From an uncultured Pseudomonadales bacterium (GTDB taxonomy: Bacteria > Patescibacteriota > Microgenomatia > UBA1400 > RBG-16-45-19), in NCBI GenBank assembly GCA_964441155.1, contig CAYYKL010000004.1, positions 5,103 through 69,102 on the forward strand: a DNA stretch of 64,000 nucleotides, in the 5' to 3' direction. The position numbers and the translations under genes are program-made. Numbering within the stretch: position 1 is the first letter of the stretch; every line of letters begins with the position of its first letter. Below the pieces are notes generated by a model, which was not told where the DNA came from, did not search any database, and saw only the letters and a program-made list of their open reading frames with translations. This document shows, in pieces, positions 10,681 through 20,242 of this stretch.

Positions 10681-11600
10681 AAAACAAGCTGCCTACCGTA
10701 ACCATCGGCATTCCTGCCTACAATGAAGAAGCCAATATTGGAAATCTTTTATCAGACATAAAAAAGCAGGAAACCCAGACTTTTAGGCTTAAAAAAATTG
10801 TGGTTGCTTGTGATTCACCTAGTGATCATACGTTTGAAATTGTTAAACGCCATGCCCGGCGCAATAAAAAAATAGAGATCATCAATGGCCACAAACGACT
10901 TGGTCAAACAACCAGGCTTGGTCAATTATTTTCTATGACTGAAACAGATTATCTCGTTTGCTTTGATGCCGACGTGGCTTTGGTAGACCCCAAAGTCATT
11001 GAGAAATTAATTCAACCGCTTGAGGACCAAAAAAGCGTCGGATTAGTTGGAGCAAATTTGCAACCAGCGAAAGCCGAAAATCTTTTTGAACACGCGATGA
11101 ATACGATGTTTGAAATCTGGTATAAAGTTCGTCTTCAGCACCAAAGTGGCAATAATATTTTCAGTCATTTAGGTGCCGCTTTCGCTATTAGAAGTGAATT
11201 GGCTCATGCCATTCATTTCCCTAGCTTTATCGTGGCTAATCAACACTTTTTGTATATCAGTGTTTTGCGCAAAGGGTGGCGCTTTGCCTTTGCTCGAGAG
11301 GCGCGAGTATTGTTCCGATCACCGTCGTGTTTTGCTGATTATCACGTCCAGGCAACTCGACCATTTACGGAAAAGGAGCAAATATTTGCGTATTTCGGTA
11401 ATGGTGTGAAAAGTTTGTTTGCAATACCAATGTCATATAAAACAAAAGCAATTTTGCTTACCTTTTTACAAAGCCCCTTGCTAACGAGCCTGGGATTGAC
11501 GTTATTCGCCTGGATTCGCGTGTATACCCACTTAACCATTGCCAAAAAACAAACAGTTTTGTGGGACACACCATTTTCCACCAAACGAGCAGTGGCCTAA
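10677..11600 (+). CDS. GT2 glycosyltransferase
   Basis: GIPAYNEE and CFDAD motifs; overlaps upstream stop (ATGA). Confidence 0.88.
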   Translation: MKNKLPTVTIGIPAYNEEANIGNLLSDIKKQETQTFRLKKIVVACDSPSDHTFEIVKRHARRNKKIEIINGHKRLGQTTRLGQLFSMTETDYLVCFDADVALVDPKVIEKLIQPLEDQKSVGLVGANLQPAKAENLFEHAMNTMFEIWYKVRLQHQSGNNIFSHLGAAFAIRSELAHAIHFPSFIVANQHFLYISVLRKGWRFAFAREARVLFRSPSCFADYHVQATRPFTEKEQIFAYFGNGVKSLFAIPMSYKTKAILLTFLQSPLLTSLGLTLFAWIRVYTHLTIAKKQTVLWDTPFSTKRAVA

Positions 11601-11626
11601 AAAATACTACGCAATAAGGATTTGCT

Positions 11627-12541
11627 ATGAAGACTAAAAAAATAACTATTGGAATTCCCACCTATTACGGCGGTCCATCACTGGTTGAAACGGTTAGAAG
11701 TATCCGTGCAAGCAGTAACTATTCGGATGCCTTAGTTGTGGTTTGTGTCGATGGTGTGCCGCTAAAAAAACCAATAGAAAAAGCATTGCAGGCACTTAAT
11801 GTCGATATCGTATTCAGCGAAGTTCGCGGTGGCCAAGTTGCCCGGATTAAACAAATTATTGGCATGTGTAAAACTCAATTTCTCGTACTTACCCAAGACG
11901 ACATCATCCTTGATGCTCAATCGCTTGAAAGAATTGTGGCGGAGTTTGATCAAAATCCAAAAACGACAATGGTTGCGGCATGTGAATTACCCACCAAACC
12001 AATAATGCTATTTGAAAAAATATTGGCTTCTGGATACGAAAGTGCCCTATGGATTGGCGAACATTGGAACAACGGGGACAATTATTTACTACCCAGTGGG
12101 AGATGCTTAGCTTTTCGCACGGCTCACGCGCAAAAATTTTCTTTACCCGAAGAAATTATTAATTCAGATACCTATCTGTATTTTGAAAATAAGCGCCTTA
12201 AAGGGTTGTGTCGGTATGTGAAGAGTGCAGTTGTGTATAATCCGCTGCCGCAAAAACTAAAAGAGCACATCAATCAAAGCCGTAAGTTTGCAATTTCTCA
12301 AGCAGAAAACCAACGCTATTTCAAACGAGATTTGAACCGTGAATATGCCATCCCCACATCTCTAAAAGTGATGGGCTTGATCCGATCACTTAGCAAACAA
12401 CCGCTATACACGGTGGCTTATCTGACAATTAATGTTTACACCCGAATTGCAGGTAGAAATTTATTTAAAAACGCCACCCGTTTTTGGGATACAGACAGCT
12501 CTACCAAAAGGCTTAAATCGAGCATGACCGCAGGAAAATAG
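11627..12541 (+). CDS. GT2 glycosyltransferase
   Basis: GIPTYY, CVDG, TQDDI and SGRC motifs; paralog of neighbouring GT2 genes. Confidence 0.82.
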   Translation: MKTKKITIGIPTYYGGPSLVETVRSIRASSNYSDALVVVCVDGVPLKKPIEKALQALNVDIVFSEVRGGQVARIKQIIGMCKTQFLVLTQDDIILDAQSLERIVAEFDQNPKTTMVAACELPTKPIMLFEKILASGYESALWIGEHWNNGDNYLLPSGRCLAFRTAHAQKFSLPEEIINSDTYLYFENKRLKGLCRYVKSAVVYNPLPQKLKEHINQSRKFAISQAENQRYFKRDLNREYAIPTSLKVMGLIRSLSKQPLYTVAYLTINVYTRIAGRNLFKNATRFWDTDSSTKRLKSSMTAGK

Positions 12542-12571
12542 ATTTTCCTGACAACGTGCTCAACTTTCGAT

Positions 12572-14086
12572 ATGAAGACATTACTAGCCGCACTATCGCT
12601 TTGCTTCTTTTCAGCCCTCTTGCTAGGACTTACGGTGAGAGGCAATTGGGGCAATCCGCGACCAAGTGAGATATCTACCCATCTCGTTCAACAAGGTGAG
12701 GTTTTCGAGTCAACCCTTTCGCGTGGGCGCTATGCACAAACCATGGCATTAGTAGAAGATAAAGTGGCAAATCTAACAAACGGAAAAGAATTGGTGGCGT
12801 TACCAGACGCAGGGTATGTCTCTGATAGAGTATATCCTTTATTTGCTCCGGGCCTTGCATTTTATATGGCACCTGCCTACATGATTGGTGCTTATTTTAA
12901 CGCCAATCAAATAGCAGTGTTTTCCTTTATGTCGTTGATAAGCCTTTGCTCAGTCATGATGCTGTTTGGTATACAAAAAGCAATCCGCATTCCTAGTTGG
13001 GCTGCCTGGTTTTCCAGTTTTGCCTTTTTATTCGGCACGAGCGCATTTCCCTATGCAGTAACCATTGCCCAACACAACGCAACGGTACTTTGCCTTTTGC
13101 TTATGTTGCTTGCAGGTATAAAGGGTGCTAGCAAGCCCTGGCTTTATATTTTCGGCTGGCTCGCCTATGGACTGGCAATATTTATGGATTATCCTAATCT
13201 ACTTCTATTGCTTCCCGCAGCTATTTACATGGGTTTAAGTAGCGCAACGATAATAAAAAACAAGCGAGATACAACCATTCGCTTGAAGTTGGCAGCCCTT
13301 TACTGTGTGGTCTTTTTTATGGTGGTTAATGGGTTGCATGGCTGGTATAACCAGGCTCACTTTGGCTCATTTAAGAATATTGGAACTTCGGTCTATACCC
13401 GAGTCCAAAATATGCAAGAGTTGCGGGATATTCGTGCCAACCCATTAGCACTTGAGCCAATTGCAGATACAAGACGTGTATCATCATCGCTCTTTCATCC
13501 GAGCAATTTGCCCAGAGGCATGGTTGTTTTGCTTTTCAGTTTAGATCGTGGCATCATTTTTTACGCGCCAATCGTACTTCTAGGTTTAGTGGGAATCTAT
13601 GGGCTGAGCAAATCAAAAGAGTTTTCTCGTTTGAGTGTGGCTCTTGCTATTACTATGGCCACTAATCTTGTCCTGTATGGCTCATTTGGTGATCCTTGGG
13701 GTGGTTGGGAATATGGACCGAGGTATCTTATACCAAGCATGGCAATACTAGCTGTTGGCCTCGGTAAAAGTCTCGCTGACATTAAAAGCCTTTGGTATCG
13801 ATTGTTAGCATTGCTTATCTTTGTCTATTCTTCCACCATAAACACCTTTGCCGTTCTCACCACCAATCAATCAATACCGAGCGTTGAATCAGGTGTGATG
13901 GAATTTGCATTTGTGCATAAAATTTCGCTGTTAAAAAATGGCATGATTTCAAGTTTTGCTTATCGAGAATGGTTACGTAATTACATGACTGAATACCAAT
14001 TTTTTATCGTGATCATGACTATAATCGTGATCGCTGCTTATTTAAGCCTTCTTATTGCGCCATTATTTGATCGGGAAAAAAGATAG
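12572..14086 (+). CDS. Multi-pass membrane protein, GT-C-fold glycosyltransferase-like
   Basis: Many TM helices; WGGWEYGPRYLIP motif. Confidence 0.7.
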   Translation: MKTLLAALSLCFFSALLLGLTVRGNWGNPRPSEISTHLVQQGEVFESTLSRGRYAQTMALVEDKVANLTNGKELVALPDAGYVSDRVYPLFAPGLAFYMAPAYMIGAYFNANQIAVFSFMSLISLCSVMMLFGIQKAIRIPSWAAWFSSFAFLFGTSAFPYAVTIAQHNATVLCLLLMLLAGIKGASKPWLYIFGWLAYGLAIFMDYPNLLLLLPAAIYMGLSSATIIKNKRDTTIRLKLAALYCVVFFMVVNGLHGWYNQAHFGSFKNIGTSVYTRVQNMQELRDIRANPLALEPIADTRRVSSSLFHPSNLPRGMVVLLFSLDRGIIFYAPIVLLGLVGIYGLSKSKEFSRLSVALAITMATNLVLYGSFGDPWGGWEYGPRYLIPSMAILAVGLGKSLADIKSLWYRLLALLIFVYSSTINTFAVLTTNQSIPSVESGVMEFAFVHKISLLKNGMISSFAYREWLRNYMTEYQFFIVIMTIIVIAAYLSLLIAPLFDREKR

Positions 14087-14087
14087 T

Positions 14088-15719
14088 ATGAACTTCAAAT
14101 TTAGTGGCTCAAGTTTTCAATTAACCCTGCCTCATGCACCTTGGCAAAGATTTGCAAGTGTTTTTAACCGTCAGAGCACTAACATCGTGCTGGCATTAAG
14201 CGTCTTATTTTCCTGGATCAGTTGGTTTTACTATTTCTCAAATGGAAACAACTTGGCTTATAACGATGCGATGTCTCACCTTGATATTGCCCGTAGAGTT
14301 TATGACAATCTTACTCCAGGTGCAGCTCAGCTGGGCAGCGTTTGGTTGCCACTTTCCCACGTGTTAATGCTACCTACCATTTGGATTGATTTTTTCTGGC
14401 GATCAGGATTCTCTGCTGCAATTGTATCCATGATTGCTTACAGCATCACAGTCGTAGCCATTTTCAAAACCAGTAAATCTTTGGGGCTTTCAACCAAAGC
14501 TTCATTAATTGCTGCAGCGGTGACGGGATTAAATACCAATTTTTTATACTTACAAACAACTGCCTTAACCGAGCCACTCTTTATGGCATGCGCGAGTATG
14601 TCTCTGTATTACTTGGCAGTATGGGTAAAAAGTAATCAATTATACAGCTTAATTGGTGCCGCGTTTTGGATTATGTTGTCAAGCTTAACCCGATATGATG
14701 GCTGGGCGTTACTAGGATTATCGGGCATTTGCGTAGTTGTTATTTCGTATCTTCGAACTAAAAAATATAAAGTATTAGAAGGAAACGCAATTCTTTTTGG
14801 AACCCTAGCTGGATTGGGCATTGTATTATGGTTGGGCTGGAATTACATGATTTTTGGTAATCCACTTTATTTTGCCACCGGAGAATTTTCGGCAAAAGCT
14901 CAGCAAGATATTTTAGAAGCAGCTAATGATTTACCCACCAAACATAACTTATGGATATCATTTATAACGTATGTCTATGCCATGATCAGCAATATTGGCT
15001 TAATCAGTATAGTGATTGCCTGTTTTGGCTGGATACTCTTTCTAAAACAAAAATTGGCCACTTACAAAGTGTTGGCTCTGGCATTTGCAGCGCCGCTTAT
15101 TTTCAACATACTGGCTCTTTATTTAGGTCATTCTGTCATTCATTTACCTGAATTGTTCGGTGCCAGCTGGTTTAATGTCCGCTACGGCCTCATTGTTTTG
15201 CCATGGGTTGCTATCGGAGTCGCCTATGTCTTTGAACAGAAAAGTGTCTTGGCTAAATCACTCGTTCCTTATCTGTTATTTTTGCAAATTGGAATGTTCT
15301 TTAATAACCGTTATATCGTGACCGTTGATGATGGTCTTTGGGGTTCGAGTCAAAAAAATGTAAAACAAGTAGGTCTATTCATTAATGAAAAAATTGGTCC
15401 TACCAACCAACCGATATTAGTTTCTGTTGCCTCGCACGATGCCATTCTTTTTCAAAGTGGACTTCCGATGAAACGATTTATCCACGAGGGAACAGGAGAT
15501 TTCTGGGACGAGGCACTCATTGATCCCGATCAATTTGCACCATATGTTCTCATGCGCACCCACGATAATCTCGATTCTGTTGCCAGAGAAATGGATAAAG
15601 TTCCTGGCTTTTTTGAGCGCTACGAACTACTTTATGACGATGAATATGCCGATGTCTATCAACGCAAACTTCCAGATTCAATCACTATGAGCGAAGCGGG
15701 GGATAATGAAGCCAATTAA
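14088..15719 (+). CDS. GT-C (GT39/PMT/ArnT-like) membrane glycosyltransferase
   Basis: DAMSHLDIARR, WLPL, LTEPL, TRYDGW and NVRY motifs; multi-TM; ATG start chosen at 14088. Confidence 0.78.
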   Translation: MNFKFSGSSFQLTLPHAPWQRFASVFNRQSTNIVLALSVLFSWISWFYYFSNGNNLAYNDAMSHLDIARRVYDNLTPGAAQLGSVWLPLSHVLMLPTIWIDFFWRSGFSAAIVSMIAYSITVVAIFKTSKSLGLSTKASLIAAAVTGLNTNFLYLQTTALTEPLFMACASMSLYYLAVWVKSNQLYSLIGAAFWIMLSSLTRYDGWALLGLSGICVVVISYLRTKKYKVLEGNAILFGTLAGLGIVLWLGWNYMIFGNPLYFATGEFSAKAQQDILEAANDLPTKHNLWISFITYVYAMISNIGLISIVIACFGWILFLKQKLATYKVLALAFAAPLIFNILALYLGHSVIHLPELFGASWFNVRYGLIVLPWVAIGVAYVFEQKSVLAKSLVPYLLFLQIGMFFNNRYIVTVDDGLWGSSQKNVKQVGLFINEKIGPTNQPILVSVASHDAILFQSGLPMKRFIHEGTGDFWDEALIDPDQFAPYVLMRTHDNLDSVAREMDKVPGFFERYELLYDDEYADVYQRKLPDSITMSEAGDNEAN

Positions 15720-17001
15720 ACGATTTCTATCAGTGGCTATCGCCAGTTTTGTGGTGCTTTTTCCACATAAGGTGCATGCTGAGGCTCAACCTCGCTTGTG
15801 GAATATTCAATCAATCGACACCATGAAGATATCCCGAGATCGTTCAAAACAACAATTTAGCGATCAGCAAATAATTAATGAGTTAGAACTCGTAAAAAAC
15901 GCAGGTGCAAACTACGTCGGCATTGCCACTCCTTATGATGAAGAATTCTATCCAGTGCTCAAGCGATGGAGTGATTTAGCCCATCAAATGGGATTGTCAG
16001 TTTGGTTTAGAGGGAATTTTTCTGCTTGGGAAGGCTGGTTTGGTTATGAAAAAAACATGACTCGACAAGAGCATCTTACAAAAACCAAAGCTTTTATCCT
16101 GGCACATCCCAATCTATTCCAAGATGGAGATAGTTTTACTGGATGTCCTGAATGTGAAAATGGCGGTCCAGGCGATCCACGCACGACCCGAGACCATGTA
16201 GGACATAGACAGTTTTTAATTGACCAGTATGAAACAGCCAATGCTGCCTTTAAACAAATCAATAAACAGGTCGAAACAAATTGGTTTTCAATGAATGGAG
16301 ATATTGCTCGATACGTTATGGATAAAGCGACCGTGGATAAACTTGGTGGGCTGATAACTATCGATCACTATGTCGCCACACCAGAACAATTTGAAGCTGA
16401 TTTACTAAAGTTGCACACTGAGCTTGGTGCAAAAGTGCTTCTTGGAGAAATTGGCGTGCCTATTCCGGACATTCATGGCTCTCTTACCAAAGATGAGCAG
16501 GCGACACTTTTACCCAAATATCTGGATGTCATGTTGAAACATCAGAATTTTGTCATTGGCTTTAATTACTGGACACATCATGATGCTTCAACCGCAATTG
16601 CCAATAGTCAATTGCAGCCATATCCTGCCTATTACCGCTTGCAAGACTATTGGCAACCAGGGACCGTAAAAGGGCATATCGCTAATAATCTCATGGATCC
16701 TCTCTCAAACGCACAGATTAGTCATGCTTACGGCAACGCTCTGACGGATGAGAACGGTGATTATGAATTACTCCTTCCGGTAGGCGAATACGACTTAACG
16801 GTAAGTCGTGATGGTTATATCAGCCAAACGCACCGCGTAAAAATATTTGAATATTCCACCATGGATTTACCAATTTTTCTCGAACCACAAGAGCCAGGTT
16901 TTTGGTATAAAGCTAGAGAACGAATGCAACAATTGCTTGAGAATATGCGTCCAATTTCTCAACTTCCCCAACGGTTTCGACAGTTATTGTCAACGCGGTA
17001 A
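15706..17001 (+). CDS. Secreted putative glycoside-hydrolase-like domain plus carboxypeptidase-regulatory-like beta domain
   Basis: Signal peptide (VHA-EA); LGEIG and GFNYW clan-A-like strands; TDENGDY..L..GEYDLTVSRDGY C-terminal domain. Confidence 0.55.
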   Translation: MKPIKRFLSVAIASFVVLFPHKVHAEAQPRLWNIQSIDTMKISRDRSKQQFSDQQIINELELVKNAGANYVGIATPYDEEFYPVLKRWSDLAHQMGLSVWFRGNFSAWEGWFGYEKNMTRQEHLTKTKAFILAHPNLFQDGDSFTGCPECENGGPGDPRTTRDHVGHRQFLIDQYETANAAFKQINKQVETNWFSMNGDIARYVMDKATVDKLGGLITIDHYVATPEQFEADLLKLHTELGAKVLLGEIGVPIPDIHGSLTKDEQATLLPKYLDVMLKHQNFVIGFNYWTHHDASTAIANSQLQPYPAYYRLQDYWQPGTVKGHIANNLMDPLSNAQISHAYGNALTDENGDYELLLPVGEYDLTVSRDGYISQTHRVKIFEYSTMDLPIFLEPQEPGFWYKARERMQQLLENMRPISQLPQRFRQLLSTR

Positions 17002-17054
17002 TACTAGAAGCTTATTTCAGTTATACTTAGTTGAATGCTTTTTCGGTTAAGAAA

Positions 17055-17579
17055 CTAAATCGCAATAGCTCGGACGATTAAGCGCTTAGAATCTAGAAAG
17101 CCCGAGCAGGTATAGAGCGTTAGCGTGGGCTCCATGGTTTGTTGAATCCAAGAGATATCACTGGGATTTACTTCGGTAATGTGTTCAATTCGATAAGTAT
17201 GTTCGTTCTGGTTTTGATCGGTGACACTTATCCATTCGCCTGTTTTCAGTTCATCGAGTGACCCAAAAATGTGGGGATAGTTGTGGCCATAAATCACCAC
17301 ATTGCCGCCTGTCCCCAAACCAGCTGATTCACTTAAATAATTGCCCATGGTGTTGTCGACATACCAGGTGCCATCTGAAAGCTCGGTTCTCACCAAATTG
17401 ATATGTTTGCCTGAAGGCAATTTAATTTTCACCGGCAACAAGCGTTGTTCGAAGACCGGGCTTGAAATTCTAGGCGGCTGCTCTGTCCCTATAGTAATTA
17501 GACCTGAAGCAATAAACATCAAACCTATAACAAATAGGATTCGTAATGTATTTCGATAAATACGGGAACGCTTTGCCAT
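17055..17579 (-). CDS. Sortase
   Basis: N-terminal TM anchor; catalytic triad motifs YGHN, LTLYTC and RLIVRA. Confidence 0.92.
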   Translation of the reverse strand: MAKRSRIYRNTLRILFVIGLMFIASGLITIGTEQPPRISSPVFEQRLLPVKIKLPSGKHINLVRTELSDGTWYVDNTMGNYLSESAGLGTGGNVVIYGHNYPHIFGSLDELKTGEWISVTDQNQNEHTYRIEHITEVNPSDISWIQQTMEPTLTLYTCSGFLDSKRLIVRAIAI

Positions 17580-17604
17580 AATCTAGGTTATTAATTAACT
17601 GAAT

Positions 17605-18330
17605 TTACCGAGATTTTCTTGAAGCTATCCATGAGCCAAAGCTGAGCACTAAACCGGAAAACATTTTGATTGCGTCGGCATAGCCTGATCCCGTAAATGC
17701 GAGCTCGACAGCGGCAGCCACCTCATTTTGTGTTTCAGTCGTGTTCGAAGTCGTGCTTGCGCTTGTTCCACCAACACCAGAGCTAGTTGATGGCTGAGTC
17801 GTTGGTGTAGGTGTCGGATCAGGAGATTGTGTTGGGGTTGGACCAGGGATGGGTGTGGGAGTTGGCTCAACATCACCACATACAAATGACGTGTTTTGAG
17901 CTAAATATCGATAATCACCCAAATTCCATTGAAAACCATTTTCCACAAACCAGCCTTGCAATTCAGCTAATGTTTTCCACCAATTTGTTTGAATGCCATC
18001 ACTACCTTCTTCGGGGCAAAAGCATTGCACATAATTACCATTTTCCAAGGAATAGACGTCGTCACTTCCATATAACAATGGACCACCTACAATTTGATGC
18101 CAGCCTTGCTGCCAACTTGCGTGATCTCCTGGGTTTTGCAACAGTTCTTGACAAGCTGGAAATGAAGCTTCCGTTTCAGGAGTTGGTGTGGGTGTTTGAG
18201 TTGGTGTGATTTCAATCGAAGCAGACTCGCTTGAGTCAGTGGCTCGAACCAGATTAACGCCTTGCGCAAACGCACCAGACATCAGTACACTAGTGAATAA
18301 TAAGCTTGAAAAAAGTTTAGAGTTAGTCAT
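17605..18330 (-). CDS. Secreted Pro/Thr-rich protein with C-terminal LAFTG sorting signal (probable sortase substrate)
   Basis: Signal peptide, PT linkers around a four-Cys domain, LAFTG followed by hydrophobic helix and RKSR tail; co-oriented just upstream of the sortase. Confidence 0.75.
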   Translation of the reverse strand: MTNSKLFSSLLFTSVLMSGAFAQGVNLVRATDSSESASIEITPTQTPTPTPETEASFPACQELLQNPGDHASWQQGWHQIVGGPLLYGSDDVYSLENGNYVQCFCPEEGSDGIQTNWWKTLAELQGWFVENGFQWNLGDYRYLAQNTSFVCGDVEPTPTPIPGPTPTQSPDPTPTPTTQPSTSSGVGGTSASTTSNTTETQNEVAAAVELAFTGSGYADAIKMFSGLVLSFGSWIASRKSR

Positions 18331-18431
18331 ATGCTTAAAGTTATATAGTATTTGCTACTAGGTCTTAATAATGAGGGTATTATAAACCCTATAACTATAT
18401 TTATCAAGTCAATGTGGCTGAATAAATTACC

Positions 18432-18806
18432 ATGAAGGATTCATCTACCTCGACAACCTTTACTGGCAGAAAAGCAGAAGATTTAGCTCAGAGATTTCTG
18501 CATGAAAAAGGATGGCGTTATATCACCAAAAACTTTTTAGGTCCGGGGGGAGAAATTGATCTCGTTTTTGTTGATAAAAAAAACGATCAACTAGTTTTTG
18601 TGGAGGTTAAAGCGAGAAATTCATCGCAATTTGGAAGTGCTCTTGAAGCGGTAACCCCACAAAAACTCAAACGAATTCAGCGAGTGGGTTTATTTTTTAT
18701 GCAAACGCATCCAAAACTGCCGCAAAGTGGGCGCATTGACATCGTTTCAATTTCTTACCATCCGAATAAGCAGCCTGCGATTGAACACCTTGAAAATATT
18801 TTTTAA
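18432..18806 (+). CDS. yraN: YraN family (UPF0102) putative endonuclease
   Basis: G..AEDLA, GEIDLV and LVFVEVKAR motifs. Confidence 0.9.
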   Translation: MKDSSTSTTFTGRKAEDLAQRFLHEKGWRYITKNFLGPGGEIDLVFVDKKNDQLVFVEVKARNSSQFGSALEAVTPQKLKRIQRVGLFFMQTHPKLPQSGRIDIVSISYHPNKQPAIEHLENIF

Positions 18807-18812
18807 GAAGTT

Positions 18813-19496
18813 CTAGAAAAGCATTCGACCAAGCACTTCACCAATGCCGTAGGCAACCAGCGACGATCCCAACCCGGCTAACATGATCTCAATACCCCCC
18901 CGAAGTGGAGAAACTGAGGTGAATTTAGACCGTAATGTTCCCACGCCAAACAACACCAATCCCACCAAGATAAATAACAAGCTAAAATCTTTTGAAGGCA
19001 GAGCTAAAAACACTAGCACCGGCATCATGCCTACCATCACAAAGGCGGTAAAAGTCGTGAGGGCGGAAACCAGTGGAAGATTTGGCGGCTGACTTGACCC
19101 TTCAGCTTGCAGGAGTTCTTCTACTGCTAAATGGGGCGCGTGCAATAAAGTTTGAGCAATAGTTTCTGATGAGGAGCGGGCAAACCCTTTTTGTTTATAG
19201 ATCAACTCAAGCTGTTTTTGCACTGATTCGCTATCTCTTCGCACTAGGTTACCCAGCAGATGCTTTCTTTTTTCATACACTTGCAGTTGGCTTTTGACAC
19301 TTAAAAAACTCCCCACTGACATGGCAAAACCATCGGCAAAGAGATTCGCGAGAGCCATAATGAGAATAATGCGAATCGACGCGTCGGCGCCCAGAGCTCC
19401 GGCCATAACGGCAAAGGTGGTCACGGTGCCGTCGAGTGCGCCATAGACCGCCTCACCAAGTAGCATGGATGTGTTGGTTTTATGAGACTTGCGCAT
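18813..19496 (-). CDS. VIT1/CCC1 family iron/manganese transporter
   Basis: VYGALDGTVTTFA and ANLFADGFAM motifs. Confidence 0.92.
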   Translation of the reverse strand: MRKSHKTNTSMLLGEAVYGALDGTVTTFAVMAGALGADASIRIILIMALANLFADGFAMSVGSFLSVKSQLQVYEKRKHLLGNLVRRDSESVQKQLELIYKQKGFARSSSETIAQTLLHAPHLAVEELLQAEGSSQPPNLPLVSALTTFTAFVMVGMMPVLVFLALPSKDFSLLFILVGLVLFGVGTLRSKFTSVSPLRGGIEIMLAGLGSSLVAYGIGEVLGRMLF

Positions 19497-19658
19497 ATAA
19501 TCTAAGTATTCAAGTTACTAATATATCTATGAGCAAGTATATTGAAGTAACACGAATAATCAAAGCTCACGATTGAAATACATCGGCATGAACATAAGCA
19601 TGGCAAGCAAGTTTTAGACTAAGTGCCATGATAATGTGATTTCTCAATTACAAACAAA

Positions 19659-20237
19659 GTGCTCATCATTAATAAGCAGGATAAAACTCAATTGAAACCC
19701 CTATATTCCTTTGGCAGTTATGGCCTCTTTCAACTAACCGCAGAACTCGCTGAAGTGTATGTAGCTCAAATTGGTGAAGCCCTGGATCAAATTCCCCTGG
19801 TTGAGCATCATTCTCCTGAGATCATCTTAGCCGTTTCCAAAGATGACCAAGATTTTCACGCCAAATGGGAACATAGCTTGATATCTCTGGATGAACATGG
19901 CAATTTCGTTGGCGTGATTATGGGTTATGAGCGCGAGAGTGAAGAAACCGAGCAATATCCAAATGATTCTATATTTCTGAGTGATTTTGCTGTGTCTAAG
20001 TCGCACCAAAAGCAAGGTCTGGGCAAGTGGATGCTTGGAAGCTGGCTTGATTTCAACACCAAACTCGGTTTCAAAGTGCTTAACAGCTCACTCCAATTCA
20101 CCACCCAAACCAATTCAGCCGTCTGGAATCGACACGTACAAGCGCTCTATGAATCCTTGGGTTTCGCCAAGCGCTCCACACAAAATTATCGTAACCGGAA
20201 TGAAATTGTGTACGAATTGATGATTGGTAAGAAGTAA
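19659..20237 (+). CDS. GNAT family N-acetyltransferase
   Basis: AVSKSHQKQGLG acetyl-CoA motif; ALYESLGF. Confidence 0.82.
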   Translation: MLIINKQDKTQLKPLYSFGSYGLFQLTAELAEVYVAQIGEALDQIPLVEHHSPEIILAVSKDDQDFHAKWEHSLISLDEHGNFVGVIMGYERESEETEQYPNDSIFLSDFAVSKSHQKQGLGKWMLGSWLDFNTKLGFKVLNSSLQFTTQTNSAVWNRHVQALYESLGFAKRSTQNYRNRNEIVYELMIGKK

Positions 20238-20242
20238 TACCC

